A stretch of 59,094 nucleotides of DNA, the filler included, from Globobulimina sp. (taxonomy: Eukaryota), in NCBI GenBank assembly GCA_003354225.1. It is 11 parts of 11 records of this genome, joined end to end, with 100 filler letters (N's around TTAATTAATTAA, not from the genome) between each part and the next. Parts side by side here need not be neighbours in the genome. Positions count along the whole stretch, not along the records: positions 43,080 to 48,353 come from PIVH01000648.1; positions 48,454 to 53,724 come from PIVH01000649.1; positions 53,825 to 59,094 come from PIVH01000650.1; 8 more parts are not named here. One strand, 5' to 3'. The number at the start of each line of letters is the position of its first letter. The first letter of the stretch is position 1. The notes under the pieces were generated by a model, which made no database searches, was not told where the DNA came from, and saw nothing but the letters and a program-made list of their open reading frames with translations. A program made the translations under genes and the position numbers. Below are positions 47,259 to 58,676 of this stretch, one piece after another.

Positions 47259-48353
47259 TTATAATAAATCTTCATCCTCTTTATCTTCGGCTTTATCATT
47301 ATCGACAGCAACTCCCGTATATTCACTAAGTTGTCGCTCCATTTCCATCTCCATCTCAGAATGAAGTTCATCCAAACCGGAATAAATAAATGGTAATTGG
47401 CCCATGACAGCCGGCCCAAACAATAAACCAAAACAACTCGCTACCAAAATGATACCCGCCAACATATTAAAAAACATTCTAAACGCCTCACTCCCAGCAA
47501 ATGCTAAGACACACGCCCCAATAAATGTGGTCATAGCACCTTTGATCACACTACTCCCAGTTTGCGTGAATGCCACTTTTATCCTATTCCCATATACATC
47601 CTCGTCCCCATCCAATTTTATCTCCGCAATGGCATGGGTCATATGGATGACATAATCCACTGTCAATCCCACAGCCATACACAACTGCGCAAAGGAGATG
47701 ACCTGCAAATCAATTCCAACCATATACATCCATCCAAATAAACACACATCAATGCCAACGATAACAAGCATAATAAACACCGCCAAACGAATATCCATCA
47801 ACAAAAATAATATGAGCAATACTGCAGCAGTCGAGATCAATAAGTTAGTCAATGTATAAGTAGTTAAATTGGAATCTAAATACGAAAAAATCCACACCGA
47901 CTGCATCATAAAACATTCTGTATCAGCACCCATCACTTCCTCTGCCAACTCGTTATAATCCTCATACGACTGATATTTATCGATACCGCCGCTTGGTTCC
48001 ATAGCTGTAAAATAAAAGCGAGTGGCAGAGATTTTCGACGGCGAAGCATCGTTATCAAATATCAACTCATCATCCCAATGAATAAAAGCACTTTCGTTTT
48101 CAAAGTCTTTTAAATACTCATAAAAGGTTAGTTTATCAGCAATGTCATCGATGTCTACATTTTTTTCATCTGTTAAATATTGACTGAATGGCTCCAACCA
48201 ATTATCAACTTCACCTTTGAGCAGATTTATAAAAACAAAATCATAAAAAAAATGTAAGATAAAAAAAATAAACCGGTACCCACCTCGAACAGCGGCTAAA
48301 TTTTCAACCTGTTCAATCAATGAATTTACACGTTTTCGCATGGCAGATTCAGA
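47259..48353 (-). CDS. Patched/NPC1-like RND membrane protein, C-terminal part (5'-partial)
   Basis: MAVGLTVDYVIHM, GSSVIKGAMTT, FRMFF and several TM helices. Confidence 0.85.
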   Translation of the reverse strand, partial: SESAMRKRVNSLIEQVENLAAVRGGYRFIFFILHFFYDFVFINLLKGEVDNWLEPFSQYLTDEKNVDIDDIADKLTFYEYLKDFENESAFIHWDDELIFDNDASPSKISATRFYFTAMEPSGGIDKYQSYEDYNELAEEVMGADTECFMMQSVWIFSYLDSNLTTYTLTNLLISTAAVLLILFLLMDIRLAVFIMLVIVGIDVCLFGWMYMVGIDLQVISFAQLCMAVGLTVDYVIHMTHAIAEIKLDGDEDVYGNRIKVAFTQTGSSVIKGAMTTFIGACVLAFAGSEAFRMFFNMLAGIILVASCFGLLFGPAVMGQLPFIYSGLDELHSEMEMEMERQLSEYTGVAVDNDKAEDKEDEDLL

Positions 48354-48453
48354 NNNNNNNNNNNNNNNNNNNNNNNNNNNNNNNNNNNNNNNNNNNNTTA
48401 ATTAATTAANNNNNNNNNNNNNNNNNNNNNNNNNNNNNNNNNNNNNNNNNNNN

Positions 48454-48934
48454 GTCCATTGCTTTCCATATCCATTTTCTTCTCTTCGAAGATGACCATT
48501 GGGGTACTGTCGTCGGGTAAGGCCACCTGACTGACCCCAGGCGGGGGCAGTGACCCTTCTATGCACTTCCATTGGCGTGGCGGTGGGTCGTCGTGGCCCT
48601 TCTTTTTGGATTTGTATAAGCATTTGCTGTCATACATTAGGTACCAATAGCCCTTACCGTCGGCGAACAGCTCGGCTAAACCGTCCCTTCTGTGCTTGAA
48701 ATGATACCGATTATTGCGGAGACCTACGCATTGGTAAAAGCCGTGCAATTCCTCACTGTCGCACCATTGAACCCATATGGTATACCCACACATTTTTTGC
48801 TGTTCGTTGCGTGTGTTTGTAGTGCGAATGTTCTGTTCTGTCCGTGGACTGAGTAAGGACTCGTTGGTTATGTTTTGAGAGCTGAAATCGTTGCCTAGGT
48901 TGGTATTGGTCAGTGCACTGAAGCCTAGACTCAT
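48454..48934 (-). CDS. Hypothetical protein, 3'-partial
   Basis: ORF with LHGFY...WYL..CLY...PP..W...G.LPPP pattern; an upstream in-frame ATG (48952) lies inside the transposon TIR. Confidence 0.55.
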
Positions 48935-49123
48935 CGATTCACAGCCGTTCATTTTGAAACAACCGGTTCAAAAACACGGTCACAATTTGTAAAATTGCAT
49001 GAAAATGTAAGTAGGTGATCCGCTAGAGTGTTTTTTCACGATTTCAAACATGTTGATGATTTTTGAAAAAAATATTGTTTTCACTCCCTTACCGGCCCTT
49101 TACTGCAAATAATTGCCCTAAAT

Positions 49124-49677
49124 CACCAAAAAAGTGGACGTCAGGACGTATAATATTACGTTCCGACGTTAGTATAAGACGTCAGGACGTCTTATAAGAC
49201 GTCCTGACGTCCACTTTAGTGATGCAAACGGATTAGCCCAGCAATCCACGCATGGTGTAACATTTCTTTGTTCGCTGATTTGATTTGACATGAAAAATAT
49301 ATGTTTTTTCCAAATCAGATCAGCGAACAAATTAGATTGGTGCTATAAACGGATTAACCCAGCAATCCACACATGGTGGAATATTTATTTGTTCGCTGAT
49401 CTGATTTGAAATGAAAAATATATATTTTTTCCAAATCAGATCAGCGAACTAATGAGATTGGTGATGAAAACGGATTAATCCATCGATGCATGCATTGTGG
49501 AACATGTCTTAAGCAACAAATAATATAAACACACACATAAACATACAAACAAACACAATTATGTACCAGACTTTATATATACAAAAGTGGACGTCAGGAC
49601 GTCTTACAAGACGTCCTGACGTCTTATACTAACGTCAGAACGTAGTATTTTACGTCCTGACGTCCACTTTTTAGGTG
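49124..49677. mobile_element. Nested foldback/MITE-like element (inner), 94-bp TIRs starting CACC, possible 2-bp AT TSD
   Basis: 49124-49217 vs reverse complement of 49584-49677: 89/94 identical; built from GACGTCAGGACGT units. Confidence 0.88.
49219..49510. repeat. 121-bp tandem repeat, about 2.4 copies, each full copy with a long hairpin
   Basis: Units start at 49219, 49340, 49461; arms GTTCGCTGAT(C/T)TGATTTG and CAAATCAGATCAGCGAAC. Confidence 0.92.
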
Positions 49678-49933
49678 ATATTGCAAAATATTGCAAATTG
49701 CAGTACTTATATGCACCCGCTATAGAGCAAACTGAGACATTGGATTCATCATATTATACATTTTTGCAAAAAACTGCACTAAAGGTTGAGTTATCTCAAA
49801 TATCAACGATCAACATGACCATTGGCGCTGCAGAACGATGTTATCACGGTGCAGAATTATGATGGTGTATAATTATGACATTGTTTTTGAACCGGTTTTT
49901 ACAAAATGAACGGCTGTGGACTAGATATTAAGT

Positions 49934-52052
49934 TTAGTTATTATTATAATTTATTTCAACGGTAATACCAACATCATTAAAAGCATCATCATTGCTCTGC
50001 AATACAGGACCCTGAGAAGCCATCGAACCAAATGGTAAAGGCCCAGTATCCGGCCCCACAGGTTCGCCGCCTGGACAATTATCTTGGTCATAACATACCG
50101 GCTCGCAAACAAATCCAGTAAAACCTTGCGTAGTCAATGTACAATTCGGATATTGTGGATACAGTTCCTGCGAATTGGGCGCAGCACATATCTCAAATGC
50201 AGCATTTTGTCCCAATAACATTTGATTTGTCACATTTTTAACAGTTGCCAATGCTGCTTGTCTTTTCGCACTTAAATAATTCAAAATGATTTTATAATTT
50301 GCATTGCTAGTTTTTATGGGGTGCCTCTCCGACGGATCCCATTCGATATTATACAATAACGGTGGCATTTGCACCGAAACCGTGCCATTTGTAAACCGAG
50401 TCACCCAATGCGCCTTATACGAACCATCGTAGTTTGGTACTTTACAGCGAATGGCCCATATTCCAGAACAAGCTTCGAAACGAGGATCCGATGCATTATG
50501 AATATAGGGACAGTTGCTTGCATTAATTGCGCCTCCATACATAGGATAACAGTCATATTGCGACTTTCCGCCATTCTCATTAAATATAATGTCGCTCATA
50601 TCCTTGCCATCATATATACGATCATCATCTGGTAAATATTTCATTGAGCCCGTCATATTGATCATAGTCATGAAAATATCCATAGTCGACACAATCTCTG
50701 CTGAACGCGAACCAGGCGGAATGTGTCCCGGCCAATGAGCAAAAGCAGGTTGACGCATTCCACCTTCCCACGTCGTAAACTTACCCATATAAAACAATCC
50801 TAAGTGTAATATAAATGTAAGCATACAAAGAGGACTGCTACATATCTATAGTACATACCTCCAGTGCCTTGAGCTAAATTCTTTTGAAGCCAGGGACCAT
50901 TATCCGTAGTCCAAAAAGTCAAGGTATTGTCAGCAACTCCAGCATTGACCACCGCTGCATAGATACTGCCAATTACATTGTCAACTTCTTGCACCGCATC
51001 GCCATATCTCCCGCCAATGGACGAGTTGCAGGATTTTGTGTTGGTGAAATCAGGGACATGTACATGTGAATGAGCCATGTATAACACAAACGGTGTCTGT
51101 GCCGCAGCTTGCCTGTGAATGAAAGCTGTGGCGTGTCGTACGTATAAATCAGAGACTGTGGCTAAATCGACAGGTTGTTGCAATACAGTTGAACCATTTA
51201 ACAATGGCAATGGCAGTGCTTTATCATTGGGCAACCACGCGGATGAGCCCATGTCTACAGACACTGGTATCCAAAATGCAGAGTCGAATCCATGATTTTG
51301 TGGTTGAAATTGCTCTCTTTGACCAACATGCCTAAGGTATGTAATGTAAGTTATTATAAAATTTTATGCTGTATTGTTGGGAAATTTTGTTACCATTTTC
51401 CCATCATTTTGGTGGCATATCCTGCCTGTTTTAATACTGCAGCAAATGTAGTTTCATTGGGTGGTAAACCACCGATTGCAGCGTTGCCGAAAATGCCTGA
51501 CACATAACAAAATAATAGAAATTAAAGTGCAAAACAACAAATATATGGAAGATTTAACCTCCGCTCCAACCGCCTGCACATCCACTACGGACTGCTCATT
51601 CATTATAAAAATGAATAGATATTAATGATAGTAATAACATGTAGCAATACCTGGGAATCGCCCTGTAAGCATTGCAGCTCTACTTGGCGAGCATACTGGT
51701 TGTCCCGTGTACCACGATGTTAATATCATGCCATCTGCAGCTAATTTATCAATATTTGGGGTGCTGATGCTTGGGTGTCCTGGAAGTACAGTAAGTGGAA
51801 TGCAAATAATACTGTATGTGCATAAAACAAATGAAATTAAAAACCTGTGAAACCAACATCACCATATCCCATATCATCAACAAAAAATATTAAGAAATTT
51901 GGTAAAGTTGCTGCCGGAGTTTTAGGTGGTTGCATATGTTTTTTGTTGATTTCATTTAAGGTGTATCGATCTGATGGAAGTGGCCATTTCGTATCTTGCG
52001 CAGATGATGTGAATGTAATGATAGTTATGCAGACAAGTAGGGATGCCTTCAT
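49934..52052 (-). CDS. Secreted arylsulfatase (ARSA/ARSG-like), multi-exon
   Basis: [35 protein letters not shown] (formylglycine motif), [28 protein letters not shown]. Confidence 0.93.
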
Positions 52053-52222
52053 TACCACTTACCAGAGTTTTAGATGCGCAAAGTTATAGCAAACCGTTTC
52101 TGCATCTTTCAGTAAAGGTACAGTATTTCAAAAATTGAATGGTAATCCAGCACAACATATTGTATTTTCAACAGACAGTGAAGTACAAAAAGGTACATAA
52201 AAAGGTCTCAAAATATTTATCA

Positions 52223-53724
52223 TTATGGTAAATCAGTGTTAGTTTGGAGAGTGGAAACATCGACGTCGACATTGTCACTGCTCATTGCTTCCTTCATTAA
52301 ATGCACCATTTGTTGTCCCATTTCTTTTTTTAGTTTTTCCACTTCCTTCTTTTCCCACTTTCGAGAATCATCCCGAAATAAATTGTTCTCGACCTCAATC
52401 TCCTGAACCTCGGCCTCGATATTTTGCAATGAAAGCAACTGTTTTGACATTCCATCAAAATCTTGTTCAATTCTTGATTTTCGTTTTATTAATGTTTGCC
52501 GTCGAGCAATTTCTTCTTTTTCGTGCTCTTCCAACGACGATTCCTCACTATCACTATCACCAAATATCTCTATCGTCTTATGACGATGATGATGACTGTT
52601 GTCTGTCTCTTCAGGTTCCGGTTCCGGTTCCGTCACAACACTATCTTCTTCATATAGATTTGTTTGATATCGTTGCAATACGATATTACTAAATTCAGTT
52701 CCTGTAGTTAGCATATTTAATGGTGGTGTTGATGTCGATGCAGCCTCTTTTTTCTCACTATCTCCCTCGAGCTGTAGCTCGTATTCACGTAATTTTTTTT
52801 CCAGGTTTGCCACTTGAAGCTTATAATATAAATTAATGGAATGGAATGGATTGGAATATTAATAATTAGTAATTATATAATAACATACTATTGCTATACC
52901 TTAAGGGAACTCATTATCATTTTGTCATTTACCGGAATAGGCACAGTGTCCGCAAATGAAACCGTTCTTCTTTTTTGTAGTGATTTGATTTCTTCATTGA
53001 GTTTATCTATTTCTTGCGTCGATTGATTGTGTTTCTCATTGGATATTGATATTTGTTTATTTAATTCATTTATTTGTTGTTTATAATCGATATCATTGCA
53101 ATTGTGAGCATGCGAAGCATCTTGAAATTGTTTATATTCATCGCTGATATTGGCAGATGTCGCAACAATCTCATTTTCATATTTTTCAGATAATAACATA
53201 TGTGAATTCATTAATTCGTCGTATTTTTCCCTGCATTCCTGAGGTGTATCTTTTACATTATATCAATATAAGTTACGTCAAATATGCAATAAGTACCTTT
53301 ATTTTAGTCAGTGATTGTGTTTTTTGCTCACGTTCAAATTCATATTGTTCATTTAATTGGGAACACTTCGCATCGAGTTTCTCCATGTTTGAATGTTTGC
53401 GCTCTTTGTCTTCGTTTATCCAACAACTTCCTGTAACACCCATTATTCTTCTTGTTCAAAACTGTAGAAATTACTTTAGAATAGGACGTGTTTAGAATAT
53501 TGCCTTTTGGAAATTTTTGATTAGGGGTCTCCGATATGTACTGAATTTTCATTCAGTTTGACAGAGTTTTTCATTTTTTTTAAGAATCCTGTCGAACAGT
53601 CTTCAGTCGCTACCAAACTAACACGCAAAGAGCGAAATTCTGCATGGGTACATTGACGAAATTACCTCGCAACAAACAATGCCTATGAATATAATCAATG
53701 GAATGCAAAAGATATTGTCGTTTG
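52223..53724 (-). CDS. Coiled-coil acidic protein, multi-exon, 5'-partial
   Basis: Several same-strand E/K/Q-rich ORFs separated by intron-sized gaps. Confidence 0.55.
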
Positions 53725-53824
53725 NNNNNNNNNNNNNNNNNNNNNNNNNNNNNNNNNNNNNNNNNNNNTTAATTAATTAANNNNNNNNNNNNNNNNNNNN
53801 NNNNNNNNNNNNNNNNNNNNNNNN

Positions 53825-54688
53825 TGTGTGGCAACATAGCGTATATAAAACATACCCGAATAAAAGCATGCCTTTAACATGTTTGATACCGAGTTGCTTA
53901 ACGATGTCTGGTGGGAATAATCTCGACGTAAATGCGCGTCTGAAGATAGTGCCAAACTGCGAATCTAATCCACCAATACCCATAGATTCAGCGTCAATCT
54001 GTTGACCGAAATTAATACCGCCAGAACGCATATCGCCTTTGGGATAAATTAATTTCATCCATGGATTGTTGGTGGCCATTAAGGAGACGGTGGTCAAGTC
54101 ATCGATTTTGGCGAATTTGACTGCTTTTTGTCTGCGTCTTCTTTTGGGGGAATCAGTATCGTTTTTTTGTTCCATTTCCTGATTTTCATCGAGTCGTTGA
54201 TATATTGTGGTGATGCGTAATGATAGCCAATATGTGGCAGATTGCACCCATTTTAGGATAAAGCGTTGATTTAAGCAAAATATTTGATCTCGAAAATTTT
54301 TGAGGACATATTGTTCCAACTCATCAACTTTGACCAGAGTCTCTGTCTTTGTATAGGTGTCAACCACAATTGATATGGTTTGCGCAATATTTGTTTTCCG
54401 ATTATTCCATGATTCGACCATTACTGTGGTGCCAATGGCTGATTTTGAGTCTAAATGTAATGCCTTCCAAACTAAACCAGAGGTTGCCAAATCATTTGGG
54501 GTTAACTTAGCATCAGCTTTTACTTGAAATACTTGTTGTTCATCAATTAATATTTTCTCATTTTCTCTGACGTGCAATAATTGCATATCTTGAGGATTTA
54601 GATACACGCAATTATTGTAAGCAAGCGATTTATCGGATAATTTCGCTAGCTTCATTTTGTACCGAGTTGGGCCTTCAGGGGTTGCCAT
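53825..54688 (-). CDS. NSF: Vesicle-fusing ATPase NSF/Sec18, N-terminal part (3'-partial)
   Basis: [56 protein letters not shown]. Confidence 0.93.
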
Positions 54689-54795
54689 TTTGTTAGTTGC
54701 TAGTTACTTAAGTAAAGTTTGAGGATTGTAAAAACAAAAACTACTTTTAACTCAAGAATATTTATCGTTATTATTTGTTATTTTGCTAACATTGA

Positions 54796-56448
54796 TTAAT
54801 TTTGTCTTAATTTTAGTTTCAATCGTAATCCATCGACCATATTCAATATAAATCCAGTTTTAGGCCGAATATCTTGATTTTTATCACTCATTTCAAATTC
54901 ATAGCGTCTAAAAAAATGAAATACGAACACTTTTGCTTCCATCAATGCCAACTGCCGCCCTAAGCACAATCGCGGACTAATATTAAAAAATGGATATTCA
55001 TAAACACTCATCACATTAATAGGCACAGCCTCTTTGCCGTAAAATCTATTTGGATCAAATTGCAATGGATTTGGATATACGTTTGGATTCCTCGCAAAGG
55101 CATAAGTTGGAATAATTACTTCATCTCCTTTTCGAATAATATTACCATTCGGCAATTCAACATCTTCCTTGGCTGCGCGAGCTAAAAATGGTACAGCCGG
55201 ATGATACCGCAATGTTTCTAAAAATGTCGATTCTAAATACAAAAAACCACGTTGTACGTCAGAATAACATACAGTGTCACCATCAAAAGAATCAATCTCC
55301 GCATAGACTTTCCTACAAATTTCAGGATGTTGGCACATATCATATAAAAACCACGAAAGTAATAATCGCGTGGTATCCCTCCCAGCAATGATCATATTCA
55401 TTGCAATAAATTTTAACTGATCCCGAGTTAACTCTGTCTTTGAACTTTTTATAAACAAAGAAATAACATCGTCATATCCTGAACCATATTCATCGAGTAT
55501 TTGCTTTGCGCCTTTGTCTTTTCTTTGTTTCCTGGCATCCAATACATTGTCACTGAATGCATTAATTTTTTCTACATCACGAATAATTTTACCTTCATTG
55601 CCAAATTTTATCGGAGAATATCGATTAATAAAACGACTGCTTTTCCATAACCAAACGGGTGCAAAATGGCGTAAAATCACACTGGCCATGAAACCATCAA
55701 AAGCATCGGCAAATGGATGCTTAGCAGGGAAGCAAGCCAATGAGTTTACAGATTTCCCGAATGCAATCATCGTGAAGCAATCTAAGGTAAATCGGGATAA
55801 TAAATCATAAACATCGATATTATCAATATCTTGTTCAGACTCTTCAATTTTATCTAGAACTTTATGAGTATGTAATACTGTGCAATCAAACATATTTTGT
55901 TTTAGGTTTCTCATCGAAAACCTGACAGAAAAGTACATTTTAATTATTTATTATTGTGCTAAATATACAAATACATGTACATACATTCGAGACGCCACTT
56001 TCCGATGAAATTTCCATTTTGGTGGATCACTCGTAAAAATACCATCCCCTAAAATTTCAGCTGTTTCAGTGGCGATACGTTCTCCTTTTTCAAAGGATTC
56101 GAATTTAGTCTCAAAAACGTATTTGACTATTTTTGGATCGGTTATAAGTAAAAGATATCGTTGACCAAACACTGTCACTGCAGATATTCCCGGCCATCCG
56201 CCACTTTTAATTATCTCTACCGAAAATTCGTTGAGATGATCAAAATGTTTCGGCAATAAATGAAAATGTCCAAACCAATTCTTAAAGCCAGGCAATGTTA
56301 GTATATTGTCATGAGGTTTGGCTCGATAAAATTTATGAATTGCATAGAAAAATACTGCAAATCCAATTACTTTAATGACACGACTAAGATTCCATCCATA
56401 CACTTTAACAAATCGAAATAATTTTTCTAACAACTCTCTCAGGAACAT
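54796..56448 (-). CDS. Cytochrome P450 (CYP86/CYP704-like), 2 exons
   Basis: LGDGIF..D..KWKFHRK, AGRDTT, ETLR, FDPNRF, FNISPRLCLG. Confidence 0.92.
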
Positions 56449-56520
56449 GTTTCTAGCAGACGAAGGATAGCATTAATTGTTGAATTAAGCAGAAGAAACT
56501 CAAGAAAGTTTTTTGTTTAT

Positions 56521-56715
56521 TGAAAGGAATGCATTTAAGTCAGAGGTTAAGAAGTTGAGAGGTTCAGACGTTTATGCGTTGAGAGGTTGGGATGTTCGGA
56601 AGTATCGTATAATTGGATTCTTGTTTCATTAATAATTCAACTTCTGAACCTCTCAACTTCTCAACGCCTAAACTTCCTAACCTCTCAAACCTCTGACTTT
56701 AATGCATTTCTTTCA
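56521..56715. mobile_element. 195-bp MITE with TG...CA ends, 28-bp TIRs and 4-bp TTAT TSD
   Basis: TIRs 26/28 identical; TTAT at 56517-56520 and 56716-56719; subterminal GAGA(G/A)GTT repeats. Confidence 0.85.
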
Positions 56716-56796
56716 TTATTAAGTAACATTTTAAAGGAGTGAATTTAAATAAGTTGAATAAAAGTAATAAAACCTACAAACAGTATAATTATGCAA

Positions 56797-57941
56797 TTAG
56801 CTAATTATTTGGAAAAAAAATTGTGATTCTAAATTGCCATCTTCCTGTAAATCTGTACAATGCACAGCATTTTGTACTCTATCAGTACCATATTTTGCTC
56901 TTAATGTATGTGGGCGAATACATTTTGCAATTGTTGGATCTGAGGGGCCTACAAATTCTCGAAACTCTTTGAATCCACTATTTGTATTAATTTCATCCTT
57001 TTCTTCATCATTCACATTCTCTTTGTTCATTGAATTACATTCAATTTGTAATGCAATCGCTGATCCAGACAATAATTGTTCGACCAAAAACTTATATTCT
57101 TTAACAACTCCATTATAAATTTCATAAAAATCTTTAGCTTCGGAAAGTGTTAATTTTTTTGCTGTAATTGCTGTAATATTAAAACCTTCATTTAATATGT
57201 CATTAATAATTGAGGCTGATGCAGATATTGCATGTGGTTTAATTAAACATAGCGATGAGACTTGCAATTGATTTGTTGATAACATCGCAGACGCTGGACA
57301 TTGTTTAATTTGTTCAACTAATACTTTGTCTTTATTTGCATCATACATAATACCGTTAAAATGCGCATTATTATCTTTTTTACATTCGTTAAATGCCGAT
57401 GCAATGTCTTTACTTCCTACAAATTCACATATTATCAATATTTCATTGGTTGATTTGGTTCTAAACACAGGAAATGACAATTAATTAAAATAAAATCAGA
57501 AATACATAACTTTTCAATTTGTAGAAATTGCTGAATTTGTTGATTTGGTGTGACAGATTTAATGGTTTTAAAATGAAATGATGCAGCTTTGTATTTATTG
57601 ATTTCAGTTAAAAAATGTGTGAATGATTTAAAATTGACAAATAATATATTATATGATTTTGATATTAATTCAAATTTATTTTTTGTGAATAAATCAGCAT
57701 AAGCAATAATGTTTAATCGTCGTGAAAAAACTACGATTGTTTTTCCGACATATAAATCATTTGGAAATGTAATATCTTTATTTGCGACGACACGTTTTAG
57801 AAATAAGCGATTTTTTGCCACATCATACATTGATAAAGAACCATCTTTTGGCCAATAAGTTAAGTTGTATTTCCGTGATAAGTCTGCTTTGGCATCATGC
57901 CATTCTACAACAAATGTATATGTATCTTCTTCGTTACTCAT
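56797..57941 (-). CDS. NME7: Nucleoside diphosphate kinase 7-like (DM10 + NDPK), 2 exons
   Basis: DM10 FVVEWHD..RKYNLTYWPKDGSLSMYD..RLFLKR; CLIKPHA, FREFVGPSDP, TLRAKYG, NAVHCTD; intron 57510-57461. Confidence 0.88.
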
Positions 57942-58016
57942 GCTACAAAAACAAGTTTTAATTTTTCTGTAAGATTTTAAACACAACTACAAAAAACAAC
58001 TACAAACAACTTAAGA

Positions 58017-58676
58017 TCAGTGTCTTTGAATTTCATTCGGCGTTTGAGGTTTTGTGATAGTTTTGGTGTAGGATTTGGGTCTGCCAGTAACAGGATCATA
58101 ACCACATGTTTGTTTTTCAAATAACCTTTTTTCTCTTAATTTTGCTCTGTAAATGACTTGTTTGTCCTGAAATTCTAAACGCTTTCCATCCAACGAATCG
58201 TCATATCTTAAAGTGATTGGATTATACGGCATTGATGGATTATTTTTAATCGGATTAAATTTTCTAATGTTCTTTTTCTTTTTTTCATATTGGTTATTCA
58301 TTGCATCCCATCTTTGCTGGTCTCTATCCAGACGTTCTTGTGTTAAATGTTGTATTTTTAGATTATGTTTGGATATTTTATCATTTTTTTGTTGTAAATT
58401 GTATTCAATAATATCTGTATTAAATCTCTCAATATCATTCGAATAGGATAATGATTGATTTTTATTTGGATTGATTGGATCATTGATAATTTCTGGATCG
58501 TATCTAATATGACCAAATGTTCTTTCTTTTAAACGTTTCTTTTCTATCACATCTTTATTGACAAATCTTGAATTAGTATTACTTGCATTTACTCCATTTG
58601 AATTTAAAGAGTTTCTATTTCGTGGTTTAATGTTTCGGACATTATTTATTGGCGGAGGTTCGTTGTATCTGGACAT
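58017..58676 (-). CDS. Conserved-looking hypothetical protein with YNPIT/YDPVTG motifs
   Basis: Intact ORF of about 219 aa with a coiled-coil centre. Confidence 0.65.
   Translation of the reverse strand: MSRYNEPPPINNVRNIKPRNRNSLNSNGVNASNTNSRFVNKDVIEKKRLKERTFGHIRYDPEIINDPINPNKNQSLSYSNDIERFNTDIIEYNLQQKNDKISKHNLKIQHLTQERLDRDQQRWDAMNNQYEKKKKNIRKFNPIKNNPSMPYNPITLRYDDSLDGKRLEFQDKQVIYRAKLREKRLFEKQTCGYDPVTGRPKSYTKTITKPQTPNEIQRH

Larger units (their letters stand above)
48940..49918. mobile_element. Non-autonomous TIR element (outer), 48-bp TIRs starting CACAGCC
   Basis: 48940-48987 vs reverse complement of 49871-49918: 43/48 identical; non-coding; no clear TSD. Confidence 0.8.

Noticed and set aside
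49219-49510. Possible CRISPR array
   Set aside because: Whole 121-bp units repeat with no unique spacers, there are no cas genes, and the context is eukaryotic
5300-53824. Regularly spaced TTAATTAATTAA motif and any cross-contig gene neighbourhoods (e.g. Piwi near transposons, kinase next to SAM fragment, phage inside eukaryotic DNA)
   Set aside because: Artificial linkers; contigs are ordered by length, so adjacency across N gaps has no biological meaning
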